The notes below the pieces were generated by a model. It searched no databases. It had not been told where the DNA came from and saw only the letters and a list, made by a program, of their open reading frames with translations. Both the position numbers and the translations under genes were made by a program. A stretch of 64,000 bases of DNA from Octopus vulgaris (taxonomy: Eukaryota). Below are positions 27,221-40,552 of this stretch, piece by piece (position 1 is the stretch's first letter; every line of letters starts with the position of its first letter). The DNA lies in NCBI GenBank assembly GCA_951406725.2, contig OX597817.1, positions 28,210,001 to 28,274,000 on the forward strand, in the 5' to 3' direction.

Positions 27221-27268
27221 CAGTAGTAGTAGAGGAGGAAGAAGTGGTGGTGGTGGTCGTCGTCGTGG
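27073..27268. repeat. (GTA/GTG)n compound microsatellite
   Basis: Direct observation. Confidence 0.9.
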
Positions 27269-27506
27269 GTTGACAAACTCACATGAACTTACGCTGTAAA
27301 AATTTTTTCAGTTCATCAGCTCGAAATATTCAAACAGAGTGCACAACGACCCGTTCACTCGGTGCTTTCACGATATATCTATGTTAATTAAACAAACGGA
27401 GAAGCGAGACTTTTAGAATAAACAACACATAGAAACAGGAAATATTATACCACAGTTTACTTCTTGGACTTCCGAGACGTTCCGGTGACCTTTTACCTTT
27501 TCAGCA

Positions 27507-27555
<49 letters not shown>

Positions 27556-27739
27556 TAATGACTGTTTGTCTGAGTAGGCAGTAGACGCGCCCCAATTCAA
27601 ACGTAGAAGCAACAACATCATTCATGACTGAACAACCCAGTTCTTTAAGTGGTGGTCCTTGGCACGGATGAACACGGTTCGTTTGGGTGATTGGTGCCGA
27701 GGCTATCCTTATTCTCATTCCTTTATTCAAATACAGCTG

Positions 27740-28400
27740 GGTTAAATTCTCTTCCAGTGGCAATCACCTCTTCACACGCATTCTTGCACCAGTTACAACG
27801 ATTTGTAACTTTTCTGATACATTTATTTCTCACTTATCTGAGCAATTTTGCAAACATCTCTATAAAGCAATGGTAGGTGTCTTATTGACCTGAATCCGGG
27901 GTCTGTCCCATGAAAAGATATCCTTGGGGATACCGCCATCCTTCATGCGGCAGGCGTAATAAGTAAGATACACATGTTTGACATTGTGGCCTGGTTCAAT
28001 AAGTCCTTACTTGGCACTCAGTTCTCTTAGTATAGGCCTAAGATCCGATGTAGATATTGCAAATAGATTCTGGTAAGGGGGTGCTCGTGTTGTATATATG
28101 TTGTTTAGCTCTCTCAATACAGTGCAATTTGGGTGGTTGTGATGAGCTTGATATTTTCGCACACTCGCTTAGAAAATTTGGTCATGACAGTGGTAACTTT
28201 CCCCAGGTCCAGTAATGGGGCTTGGAAGCCTTCAGTCCTAAGTAAGAATTTCTATCCACCAATCGCAGGGTATGACCATCGATACTGAAACTAGAAGCTT
28301 CACTAATATCCTGGTTCATGATTGTTAAACCAAAGCTTAGCAATCCTGTGTAAGGGAAATGATTAATCTCTGAAGGTCAGAATATGTCGCATCAGAAAGT
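27740..28400 (-). mobile_element. Highly decayed RTE-like LINE fragment
   Basis: Minus-strand CGCATGAAGGATGGCGGTATCCCCAAGGATATC (RMKDGGIPKDI) resembles the RTE C-terminal motif. Confidence 0.5.
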
Positions 28401-28969
28401 ATTTCTGATCAGAGCCTTACAAGTGTTTCAACACAACTGTATAATTTCAAAGTATCCATTTAAATATAAATACCCTCTACTTTTTTCTGTATTACGTCCT
28501 TTTATTGAGTCGTAGTGATTTTACGCAAGAACGTGTGAGTATGTGTATGTGTGCACGTGTGTGTGTGTAACGATGTGTTTTTTCCTTACTTAAGTCATCC
28601 TTTATTTTCAAATTTACCTGGAATATGAACTAGGAAGGTACAATACTTCATTTTTTCTTAAATAATTCCGACAATTTTATCAATATATTGGTAGCAGCAA
28701 ATTCAGTTTGCTTGTCATTTGGTAATAATGATTTATTAGAGATTTTGGCTTGCTACCAGTTGATGTGTCATTGAGAAGAAAACCTTGCTTATTTGCTTAC
28801 AAATTGTCAAGTTTGTAAATGCTAAAGGCACACAGTACTGGGTTTACCTGTCCTTAAGGTAAGCAAAGAATTCCAAGTTAGTCACGCGTTTTTGTAAAGT
28901 TTGGAGCTCTAGGGTTTTGATTATATTTGTGGATGTCAAATTTTGACACTTATTCCTCGAAGACTTTCG

Positions 28970-29182
28970 ATATATATATATATATAGGTATTTATGTATG
29001 TATGTATGTTTGTAGGTAGGTATGTATGTATGTATGTATGTATGTATGTATGTATGTATGTAGGTATGTATGTATGTAGGTAGGTATGTAGGTATGTATG
29101 TAGGTAGGTAGGTAGGTAGGTAGGTAGGTAGGTAGGTAGGTAGGTAAGTAGGTAGGTAGGTAGGTAGGTAGGTAGGTAGGTA
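28970..29182. repeat. (TATG)n/(TAGG)n compound microsatellite
   Basis: Direct observation. Confidence 0.92.
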
Positions 29183-30921
29183 CACAGGAACATTTCCTAA
29201 GAAATACCTTAGGATAGCCTGATCCTCTTGTGTTTAAATGTTCACTGTTTGTCACTTTAACTTGTAAATGAATAGCCTGCGTATGCACACACGTATGCTG
29301 CCGAATACATTATTAGTACAGAAACATGAGCTCAGCAAAACGTTTGATCCTTATACGAGCGAATCTTTATATCACACACTATAAAAGATCAATGGCGTTT
29401 TTTTTTTTCTTTTAAATTTCCTTCTGTGGGCATAGTATGTTAAGAGAGATTCCCAATAGCTTATCAATACATCCCATGACACTTGCTGCACATTATAAAT
29501 CCCATATCAATTTCTCAGAACATCCTATCCTATGTCCAAATTTAACGTTGAATAATTTATATTTAGCCATCTATTTTAAGGATTTTTATATGGAATGATC
29601 TACGCCATTACTGGCAAATATCTGCTGCTTGTCTCTTTGTATTTTGTCTATGTTTCTTTGACTTTCATGCTATAGTTTGAACCCCATGATAACACTGAAG
29701 AATCAAGCTGATGATTAAAGGCTATGCTGCCATCATGTCTTTTTATCTTATCTTAATCTATCTAGGATCACGTTATCTGTTATGTCCTACCTCTTTTAAG
29801 AGAGAAAGATGTGATTTTAGTGGGATTGTATTGCTATTTTATCAGGTCGAGGCGTAAACGATCCCTTCTAGGAGGTGTTTTAATAACTAATTTTTATAGT
29901 AACTCTTAATGGAAGCGTGCGGCTAAGTGGTCGGGCGTTTTGAACTCGTGATCGTAACATTGTAGTTTCGATTCCTGTATTTGAGCAAAACACCTCAATT
30001 CATGTTGCTCCACTCCACTCGGCTGACCTATATAAGTAATCCTGCGACGGATCGGCATCCTGTTCAGGTTGGGAATATATACGCCACGGAAACCGAGAAA
30101 CTGGCCGTGAGAATCTATATGGCTTCAGAATGGTCTTTATCGCTATCTTTTTTATATGTATTAGTTCATAGATTACATATCTGCATGATCATCCAGTAAT
30201 AATTTTGTAAAAATAATGTTAAAGCTCCGATTACGAGTATTAGTTAAAACTCAGCTATTCCCATCCACTTTTAATACAGAAAACCGGAATTATATTTTAA
30301 GAGAAATTTTTAAAACCTTCATGGCTAGGCACATTAGATTACAGGGTCCAACTTATTGACTGATCGATCCAAATTGGATAAAATCTTTAAAAAAGAGAGC
30401 AAAGCCAATTGTGTGAGATTTGAGCGTAGAGAAGTATGGAGATGGGATTTGAGAACATAAAATGCTAGCCCTGTGCACAGGGCCAGCAGCTTTTGAGCTA
30501 AAATGTAAGTCGGTTACATTGGATCCAGTACTAATCTAATATATATTTTATCGACGCTAATACTTGTCTGATATATATTTTTTTTTATCAGCAAAGTCAA
30601 TTTCATCTCAATTTGAACTCAGAACATAAGCTCAGACAATATGCCTCAAAGCATTTTGTCCAGCGTAGTAATGGTTCTGCCAGATCCCCGCCTTCACAAT
30701 AAAAAAAAAATACTTTCTACTATAGGCACAACGCCTGAATTTTGTGCAAAAAGCAAGTCGATTACATCGACCCTAGTATAAGACAAAGTTGACGTAGGTC
30801 AGAATTTCAACACAGACCCTGAGCAAAACGCCGCTTAGCTAACGCTTCAGCCAGCTTGCTACTTTACACTATATAACGTATAGTAAGATCAGTTAATAGT
30901 TAGTTGATATTTTATTTAATA

Positions 30922-31312
30922 CTAGCAGTATCGCCCGGCATTGTTCGGGTTTGTTTCGACCCTTTAGAATTGGAATTTTTTTAAAGTAAAATTTTGCATT
31001 ATGTAGTTTGTTATTCTCTTTAAGTGAACCTTTTCTGGTTGAAATACACTGAAAAATGGCGACACAGCAGTCAAGAAATCGTAAATAAATAAGGATTTTC
31101 ATAGAAAAAAAGCACCTTTTTTATGTAAATAATTTTTGGCCTTAACATGATCCGATTTGAATTTTATCGTCTACGGAATGAAGAGCAAGCCTTCTTCTAT
31201 CATACTCTCAATTTTGGTCAACTTGCGCCGCAGGGTCTCGGAGGAGATAGTGTTAGTTGAAGGCTACCAAACCTTCCATACACAGACAACTTCAGCTTTA
31301 TATAAATATAGA
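30922..31312 (-). mobile_element. Non-autonomous Helitron, second subfamily
   Basis: Minus strand begins TCTATATTTATATAAAGCTGAAGTTGTCTGTG and ends CCCGAACAATGCCGGGCGATACTGCTAG; same termini as 25524-25900, different interior. Confidence 0.85.
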
Positions 31313-31756
31313 AAAGTGGCCTGACTATGAGAAACCTTGTCCTCAACGTATTGAGGTATGATATATCATATGTAACCCTAAGTATAAAACATACAAACAC
31401 AACAAATTTGCCTATTTGCCCCTAAATTAAAAAGCTAAATGGCCTTAATTGATTTTCGGCTCTTTTCGAGCCTCCATCAAAGATGGTAGATGTCAGTGTC
31501 ACGGAGAAAATTTTTGGAGAGCAGTGACATCAGCTCTCTGCAAATCTTCGTAGATTTCCAGAAGAATGGGTCCTAGCATTAAAATATAAAAATATTACGT
31601 AATAGTTCTCATCATTGATCTGTTTTATAAAATTTGTTGCATTTTTTATCATTTTTCAGGGGATTATAAAACAATATAAAAAATATTTAAATTATTTATG
31701 TATGTGTCTGCGTACATGCATATGTTTAACTTAGTATCTGTGTGTGTGTATGACTA

Positions 31757-31793
<37 letters not shown>

Positions 31794-31862
31794 ATGAATG
31801 TATATATAGATCACACACATCTACATAGACAAACATGGACATACAGACATGGAGACGAAGAG

Positions 31863-31863
31863 G

Positions 31864-31927
<64 letters not shown>

Positions 31928-31940
31928 CAGGCAGAGAAAC

Positions 31941-31975
<35 letters not shown>

Positions 31976-31988
31976 CAGGCAGAGAAAC

Positions 31989-32055
<67 letters not shown>

Positions 32056-32072
32056 CAGGCAGATAGACAGAC

Positions 32073-32131
<59 letters not shown>

Positions 32132-32192
32132 CAGGCAGAGAAACAGATAGACAGATAGATAGATAGATAGACAGGCAGAGAAACAGATAGAC

Positions 32193-32279
<87 letters not shown>

Positions 32280-32366
32280 CAGGCAGAGAAACAGATAGAC
32301 AGATGGATAGATAGATAGACAGTCAGAGAAACAGATGGATAGATAGATAAACGGACAGACAGAAAC
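31863..32366. repeat. (GATA)n array punctuated by GACAGGCAGAGAAACA
   Basis: Direct observation. Confidence 0.95.
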
Positions 32367-32774
32367 ATACATACCTATATACGTACATACGTACTACATA
32401 CATACATACATAGGTGCATGTGTCAGCGCACTGTGGGTATATGTGTGTGTGCAACAGAGAGTGTGAGAGTGAGACTGGCTTGTTGTTACTACGGCTTCAT
32501 ACAAATTTGTTTTGTGAACATTAAACGGGAGACATGTCCGATGCATTGATACATGAGAAACGATATCGAAACGTGGCAAGAATGTTTTATAATATTATAT
32601 CTTATTCCTTTCAATTCAGCCGCAACTTTCTTCTGTTACGTATCAGGCATGAAAGCATGCAGGTTGATGAAACACAACTCATGCGTGTTGAAGCCCATAA
32701 CCTATCGGTGTGTATCTGCATATGCGCATGAATATATGAATGTAAACGTATGTATATGTGCATATGCCTGTGTA

Positions 32775-32812
32775 ACCATATATTATATTATATTATATAC
32801 GTATGTATATAT

Positions 32813-32853
<41 letters not shown>

Positions 32854-32913
32854 AATGTGCTTGTATATATGTATATATATATATTTGTGTATATAAATAT
32901 ATATATATGTATG

Positions 32914-32948
<35 letters not shown>

Positions 32949-33288
32949 ATATATATATACATATATACATATATATATACATATATATATGCATACATAT
33001 ATATATATGCATATATATATATATATGTATGTATTTATGTATATATTTATGTATGTATATATATATATGTATACATATATAAATATGCATACATATATAT
33101 ATGCATATATATATATATATATATAGACGTATGTATATATATACGTATGTATGTATATCATATGTATTATATGTGTGAGTACACATGTGAGTATATATAC
33201 ATACATGTGTGTGTACATACATACATACATACATACATACGTACATACGTACATACGTACATACGTACATACATACATAATACATACA

Positions 33289-33322
<34 letters not shown>

Positions 33323-33348
33323 CATACATACATACATACATACATACA
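32775..33348. repeat. (TA)n/(TACA)n compound microsatellite
   Basis: Direct observation. Confidence 0.95.
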
Positions 33349-33687
33349 TCGTTCGATATTCAGAATCATCAGAGCATCGTAAAGAATGCATTAATGCCTT
33401 CCGATATTTATCTCGGCTCTCAGTGTTATAAGTTCAAATCCTGTCATACCCAATATTGCCTTTCATCCTTTCTTAATCAATAAAATACGTACCTAGTACC
33501 ATTTCTCATACACCATATCTGTCATACACCATATGTTCCGCTGGTATATGAGTGGGGTGGCCGAAATTGCGCTTGTGTGTTCTAGCGCACTGCCAAAGTC
33601 ATCTTTCATCGTTTGTCACGGCCTTAATTTTATTGTGTGTGTGTGTGTGTGTGTCTGTGTACGTGTGTATTGGTGTGTGCATGCATG

Positions 33688-33763
<76 letters not shown>

Positions 33764-33905
33764 ACAACTAATGGAAATATTCTCCTTTGGTTCAGTCAAA
33801 ATTATCTGCTACCACACACACAAACAAGCACATAATGTGACCGCGTGTGTACCGTTGGCGATTTTTTCCTCCGTCTTCCCTTCTTTGGATCTTTCCTTTT
33901 CCCAT

Positions 33906-33940
33906 GTTTCTGACGAAGAGCTCCGCTCGAAACGTTGAAC
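33906..33940 (+). ncRNA. Minimal type I hammerhead ribozyme motif in a Penelope-like short repeat (33810-34035)
   Basis: gttt-CTGACGA-a-gagc-tcc-gctc-GAAA-cg-TT-gaac: intact core, stems I and II, palindromic ACGT stem III. Confidence 0.75.
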
Positions 33941-34036
33941 CCCCCTTCTTTCCTGAGCGTCCAATAATACTATACTTGTTCCACGTCCTCGCGTTGTTGT
34001 GTTTTCTCTTTGTGTTTTCATGTTTGGATTAACTTG

Positions 34037-34096
<60 letters not shown>

Positions 34097-34298
34097 AATA
34101 TTTGTTATAATTATGAGTATAATTATAAATAGGGTTCAGCAAAAAAATTTGCTTCACCACATACCGAACTTTAGAAATAGCAGTCAAAGAACTTAGCTAT
34201 TTCTTCTACTATAAGAAGAAACTCTCGGACAACATATTCTCAAAACAATTCACGTAGGCAGAGAGAAAAAACAACGAAATTCATTCGGTATTTGATTA

Positions 34299-34382
34299 CC
34301 TGTGGACGCGTTTCGGAATTAGATCGATATGAAAAATGCAAAAGTCACACTGTCATTCGATCATTTACCTCCTCAGCTCGGC
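34299..34382 (-). ncRNA. Hammerhead motif with long stem II in a Penelope-like repeat
   Basis: Minus: CTGAGGA-ggtaaatgatcga...tcgatctaattcc-GAAA-cgcg-TC; stem I degenerate. Confidence 0.65.
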
Positions 34383-34429
34383 ATTTCAAGATTTTAAATT
34401 TGAGAGCACTGAAATAATTTGAACATACC

Positions 34430-35125
34430 TATCTGATTCAGGTAATATCAGACAAACTATATCCAATGACCAGTACCAACGAATTCAAAACATACGAATG
34501 AGGTCTCGTATTCTCCCTCACCCATCCACGTGTGTTGTCGAGTAAAAAGATTCTACAGAAAAAAACTGTAGTTTATTATCAAGGAGAGAATTATATTATC
34601 AATAATAATAAAGGGTAAAATAAAGGGCCCACATCAAGTGCTTGGAGGAAGTGCTACCCTGCGTCAGGAGGGTGGCGGCTGGAAGACCCTATGTCTATCA
34701 AAAGGATCTGAATGATGTCACACAGGTAGGAAACCCAGTCATGGCTGACAGACAATTTCTTCGGCCACATCACCCCTAACATCTGGCCACCTAACTCTCC
34801 AGACTGCGACCCCCTTGATTATTATGAGTAGGGCACAGTTGAGCGAGAGACCAACAAAACTCCTTGTAACACCAAAGATGAACTGAAGGCAAGGATTATG
34901 GCAGTATTCACCAACTTAAACAAGGAGTTCGTCCAGAAGCGTTGCAGAAGATTCAGAAGTAGACTGGAGGCCGTGGTTAAAGCCAATGACGATTTTATTG
35001 AATAAATTTACTCTTTAGTATTTCAAGATATTTTTCTGTAGTTTTGGTGTAAATATATCTGTTAAAATGGGATGCCAGTGTTATTTTCATTTTTGCGTAA
35101 TTTTAGGCGACAATTTATTCCTATC
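34430..35125 (+). mobile_element. Tc1/mariner superfamily (maT/DD37D-like) transposase relic, 3' part
   Basis: HITPNIWPPNSPDCDPLDYYE*GTVERETNKTPCNTKDELKARIMAVFTNLNKEFVQKRCRRFRSRLEAVVKANDDFIE*. Confidence 0.85.
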
Positions 35126-35196
35126 GAAAACATATACTGTAAAAAAAACTTACTTTAGGTAAATAAAGTACAAAAAAATTGTAAATAGTAGTAAAA

Positions 35197-35296
35197 AGAC
35201 TACGCACGTTTCATGGCTATATTTTCAAATAGATGATAATAATAAAATCAATTCTAAAATTAATTCTATTTAAAAATATAATCACTCATCAAGTCT
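35197..35296 (-). ncRNA. Hammerhead-like motif with about 20-bp stem II
   Basis: Minus: agac-TTGATGA-gtgattatatttttaaataga...tctatttgaaaatatagccat-GAAA-cgtgcg-TA-gtct; core C3 replaced by U. Confidence 0.6.
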
Positions 35297-36231
35297 AAGA
35301 TAATAAATAAAAAAAAATAAAAAATGATAATAGAATAAATGTACTTATCTTAATTTATACTAATTATCAAAGAAATATATATAAATAAATACGCATATTA
35401 ACTATAAATAATCGAAAAACATTTAACAATAGTTCTTAAAATATAAATATAACTTATCTTGTCGAAGGATTATCGTTAACTAACAATTTAAACATGAAAC
35501 GTCAAACTTAGCGTTTATTAGAAATATAAGAAATATATCACGTGAAAATATGGCGTAAATAGAATTTATATAAGAAATAGATGTATTAAAGCTATTAAAA
35601 TTACAAATGTATTTTGGCTGTAAAAATAAGGAAAAAAAAATTAACTTTAATATACTATTAACTGGAAAAATTGTAAAGTCTAAATAATTTAAATACTAAT
35701 TACGTGAAATACATAATATAATAAGCATAAATTAAGCTAAATTTCTATGATTTAATCTATTTTCATTAATTCATTAATTTATTTTATAAACATTTAATTT
35801 TCAACTTATTCTGATTATGTAATATAGACTATACAATCTCGTGCTAATTTATACACATTTTACGACTACAAACTATAATTACTACAATTAGTAACATAAA
35901 ACAGGGTTTATATATATAATAACAAAGTCACTTTGACCCGTGAAAGAGAGGTGCAGCCAGAGGTAAGTATCCAGGAGGTAAAAAAAATCCAATGCAGGGG
36001 TAAGAGTTGGTAGTGGTATTGGTAGAATACGCACATACATACTCTCTCATACACACACGCACCCTTATGTTGGGGCGAGGTCATTTGACCCTGTTATCTC
36101 CCCTACTATCCCTCTTGCGTCTAACGTCTGATCTCTGACTTCTGGCTGAAATCAGACCGCCATGTTGAATCGTTAGCTCCTGCACGCATTTTTTTCTCTC
36201 CTTGTTTCTCTCCGTATTTCTTTTCTGTGTA

Positions 36232-36269
36232 TCTTTCTGTTGAAGAGCGTAGGCTCGAAACGTAAAGGA
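36232..36269 (+). ncRNA. Minimal hammerhead-like motif in a Penelope-like short repeat (36120-36370)
   Basis: tcttt-CTGTTGA-a-gagc-gtag-gctc-GAAA-cg-TA-aagga; one core change (A6 to U). Confidence 0.6.
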
Positions 36270-36454
36270 CTTCTTTTATTTCTATTCCTGAGCGCCATAC
36301 TAATACTATTGTTTGTTTGTACTCCACCTGCCTTCGTCTTTTGTTTATTTTCGTAATGCTGCCCTTTATATATATACACAAATTAGCTAAACTTATATAA
36401 GTAATTTAATTTATGCCTACATTTAATTTTTCGTTTATTTATATATATATACAT

Positions 36455-36672
36455 TTGTGTATGTGTATCTTTGTGTCTGTATTTGTCCCACTCACCGACT
36501 GACGACCGGTGAGGGTGTGTTTACATCCCCGTAACTTAGCGGTTCGGCAAAGAGACCGATCGAATAAGTACCAGGTTTCAAAACAAGTATTGGGGACTGT
36601 TAGTTCGACCGACTAAAATTCCTCAAGGCGGTGCCCCAGGATGGCCGCACTCTTATGACTAGCAAGTAAAAG
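36455..36672 (+). mobile_element. SINE family B-related 3' half, diverged
   Basis: CCCCGTAACTTAGCGGTTCGGCAAAGAGACCGAT body. Confidence 0.8.
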
Positions 36673-36804
36673 AATATGCGTTTGTGTATATATGTATGTT
36701 GATGCCTATGTCTTAATGTATATTTTTTGTGCGCAGGACTGTATAGGTGTCTATGAGGTGGAAAACAATTTATGAATTGTATCTCTATCTCTGTATGTGT
36801 GGTG

Positions 36805-36837
<33 letters not shown>

Positions 36838-37159
36838 GTACGAGTGACTGTATGGTTGTGTGTATGCTAGTATATGTTTGTATCTCAGCGTGTTTACGCG
36901 TATATTTGTAGATGCACGTTTGCGTATGTGTCTTTGTGCGTATCTATGTTTCCGTGCACCCCTTTGTACGTATGTGCGTGCGTTTATGCTTGTGTGTGTG
37001 TGCGTGCGCGCGTGTCGGTAATAACTAGTTCGCAGTATGTCTGATGAGGATATTGCAATAAGCCTGTTCAACGTAACTTGGAAGGTTATTAATTATGTAT
37101 ACTTAGTGAAAAATCATGCAGTCCGATCCAAGTAATTACTCTCTCAAGATCCGTGCTGC

Positions 37160-37210
37160 ACAGCAGCAATAGCAGCAGCAACAGCAGCAACAACAACAGC
37201 AACAGCAACA
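37160..37210. repeat. (CAG/CAA)n microsatellite
   Basis: Direct observation; no exon context. Confidence 0.85.
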
Positions 37211-37389
37211 CTCTGTATGGCAGACAGGCTCCATAATATTGTAAGGGAACACGCAGAGATACGAGACAACAAGATAAGCGTCAATGCAGTCCATCAACCT
37301 GCTAAATATTGTAGGCAAAATCTCCTTCAAACTACGCCGGACTTTCTCAAATGCAGAAAAGCACACTGGGATAATATAGTCGCAAATTA

Positions 37390-37621
37390 AGGCGGCGAGC
37401 TGGCAGAAACGTTAGCACGCCGGGCGAAATGTGTAGCCATATTTCGTCTGTCGCTACGTTCTGAGTTCAAATTCCGCCGAGGTCGACTTTGCCTTTCATC
37501 CTTTCGGGGTCGATAAATTAAGTACCAGTTACGCACTAGGGTCGATGTAATCGGCTTAATCTGTTTGTCTGTCCTTGTTTATCCCTTCTGTGTTTAGCCC
37601 CTTGTGGGTAGTAAAGAAATA
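37390..37621 (+). mobile_element. SINE family A
   Basis: Full length; TSD AATATAGTCGCA. Confidence 0.92.
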
Positions 37622-37969
37622 AATATAGTCGCAGATGAACACTATATTGGAAAACAAAAGAGGAATTGGTCACAATCGGAATGTCATGGATCATAGGCCT
37701 GCTCCAACCAGGTCTGCCCTGGGTCGAAACCACTACAATCGTAACAAAAACAACACTTACAGATATATAGTTCTATGGATTCTTGATACTTCTGACTTTA
37801 AAAAATATTTAATTTTTGCCGCCAGATTCATGCGCATAAATTCTCCTTATATTCTTTTGTTGGTTTGAATTATTAACTTACGGCCTTGCTGGGGCACAGA
37901 TTTCAGCTTTTTCAGTTTATTATATCGACGTCTGTACATTCTTTGGTATTTATTTCATCGTTTTCGTAA

Positions 37970-38370
37970 GGTGGCTGTGTGGTAAGTAGCTTGCTTACGA
38001 ACCACATGGTTCCGGGTTCAGTCCCACTGCGTGGTACCTTGGGCAAATGTCTTCTACTATAGCCTCGGGCCGACCAAAGTCTTGTGAGTGGATTTGGCAG
38101 ACGGAAACTGAAAGAAGCCCGTCGTATATATGTATATATATATGTATGTATGTGTGTGTATATGTTTGTATCTCTGGGTTTGTCCCCACCAACATCGCTT
38201 GACAATCGATGCTGGTGTGTTTACGTACCCGTAAATTAGTTGTTCGGCAAAAAGAGAGCGATAGAATAAGTACTAGGCCTACAAAGAATACGTCCTGGGA
38301 TCGATTTGCTCGACTAAAGGCGGTGTTCCAGCATGGCCGCAGTCACATGACTGAAACAAGTAAAAGAGTA
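37970..38370 (+). mobile_element. SINE family B
   Basis: Near full length. Confidence 0.9.
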
Positions 38371-39014
38371 CAAATGCAAGGTGGCCGTTGGTGTAACGGG
38401 AGATAATCAGTTAGCCGTTCGGGCAGTCGACTGATATAAACATTACACTCATAATGGTTGGCTTTCAAACTACAAACGTTAACAAACAGAAATGTGTGTA
38501 TGTGGTCTGTGTGTATGTATATACGTACGTCCCGCATTCCTACTCTGTGTCACCTTCAGCAGGTGTCTTTTACTATAGGTTCGGGTTGACGAATGGCCTG
38601 TAAGTGAAATTCGGCTGAGAGAAAATGTGTGGCAGCCCATCGTACATGTGTAAGTAATTGTGTAGGTATTTGTGTGTGTATTTGTGTTTGTGTGTGTATG
38701 TGAGTGTGTATGTGTCTGTCGGTCTCTATGTGTACACATGTACGTGTGTTTGTATGTCTCTTCTCTTTTATAATTATTATAAATCTTCCACTGGGGAGAG
38801 AGCCGGTTTCGAACAAAGATACAAGGCTCCATCTTTGGGATGTAGTTAACACAAATTCACATTTGGAACATGAGAAAAGTCTTGCACATTTTTACTATTC
38901 CATTCTCAGATTGCACTTCTAATGTACGAAGTAGCCGGTCGATTTCTCTTTCTGAATATCCCAGTTTATCCAAATTCTTCTTTAAGCTTTTACTAACAAA
39001 TCCTAGTATTCCAG

Positions 39015-39356
39015 TATGTATGTATGTATGTATGTATGTATGTATGTATGTATGTATGTATGTATGTATGTATGTATGTATGTATGTATGTATGTATGTA
39101 TGTATGTATGTATGTATGTATCGGGCTGTGTGTTGTGTTCTTGAACAAGACACTTTATTTCTCGTTGTTCCAATTCACTCACCTGTTCGAATAAACAACC
39201 TTGCCCGGACTTGTGCCTCGCAGGGGAACTTTCTAGGAGCAATCTGATTGTCATTCGATGAAATGTATCTTTACCGCTTACTCAACGTATGTATGTATGT
39301 ATGTATGTATGTATGTATGTATGTATGTATGTATGTATGTATGTATGTATGTATGA
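39015..39356. repeat. (TATG)n tracts enclosing an internally deleted SINE D fragment (39121-39260)
   Basis: GTGTTCTTGAACAAGACACTT core and CTTGCCCGGACTTGTGCC tail. Confidence 0.85.
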
Positions 39357-40552
39357 ATGATTAAGTACGTGTATGTAGGTTATGTATATGTGCGTTTGTA
39401 TATGTAGGTGTCTTTCGGTGATGTAAATATTGGCGATAAAATAAAATTAAAACACTGCTTTCGTACGAAGCCCCTTATTATATTTTCTCCGCCCGAGACA
39501 CACAGACAATCCCTTGTCACTCTTGCCATCATAAACGCAATGAACCAGTGATTGATCCGTTGGTAACCAGTAACCAAGAACGCCATTGTTAACGAACTGC
39601 AAAATACAATAAATAAATTCAATAAACAAACAAACAAATATCAATCTGCTCTCTGGGTATGCGGAAATATTTCATGATTTAATTAAAATATACACAGCTT
39701 CTTAGTTCCAGCGAATTGACTGCTAATCTCACAATATCTTCCCTATCTCGATATCCCATGCTGATAAATGAGAATATAGCTGTAAGCATTTACAAATTAA
39801 ATTAAAAATTAATTGACATATTTTTATGTTAAGGAAAACATTTTTCTTTTTTAAATCTTATATTGTTTAAAAAGAAATAAAATTCAAAAGCAATTCCTAT
39901 GGTGCGATAAAGATCGAAGAATGACTTGCCAATATTTCCTCTCGCCATTATTTTTTCTTTTTCATTTCTTTTCTTTTCTTTCAATTTCCTTTTTCCTTTG
40001 TATTTCTATTATTCTGAAATGAATATGGTTACAGAAATGTACAAACGCATGCACACACACACACACACACACTTGTCTGTGCATGCATAGCTGTATGTGT
40101 GTGAGTGTATATACACATATATGTGTGTATGTATGTGTATGAATATATATATATATATATATGTACACACACACACACACTTGTCTGTACACGCTTAGCT
40201 GTATGTGTCTGAGTGTATATACACATATATGTGCTTGTGTATGTATGTGTGTGAATATATATATATACACACACACACATGCATACATGCAAATATGGTT
40301 ATAGTTACACACATAAAATGATATATTTACATGCATACATGCTTACATAAATACATATATACGTGTCCGTCTGATTGTCTGCCTGCCTGTATGTATGTAT
40401 GTATATGTGTATGTATGTATGTATATGTGCATGTTTGTATGTATTTGTGTGTGTGTGTATGTATGTATTATGTATGTATGTATGTATGTATGTATGTATG
40501 CACGCGCGCAATCACCAATGTATGTATCTGTGTATGAAAAAAGTATATATTA

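Noticed and set aside
31863-32366. CRISPR-like regularly interspaced 16-nt repeats
   Set aside because: Spacers are pure GATA, the context is eukaryotic, and there are no cas genes
32553-33431. Long ORFs (292 aa here; also 31811-32372, 50825-51451, 58346-59132, 26699-27273)
   Set aside because: Translations of TA/TG/GATA/GTA microsatellites lacking stop codons; no protein-like content
35924-36095. ERE-like palindromes (AAGTCActtTGACCC, AGGTCAttTGACCC) and a strong splice donor GAG|GTAAGT near 35960
   Set aside because: Similar GGTCA-TGACCC palindromes occur in DNA transposon subterminal repeats; no acceptor, ORF or other exon evidence
37136-37366. Poly-Q or poly-C coding exon
   Set aside because: Short CAG/CAA microsatellite without a sustained frame or splice signals
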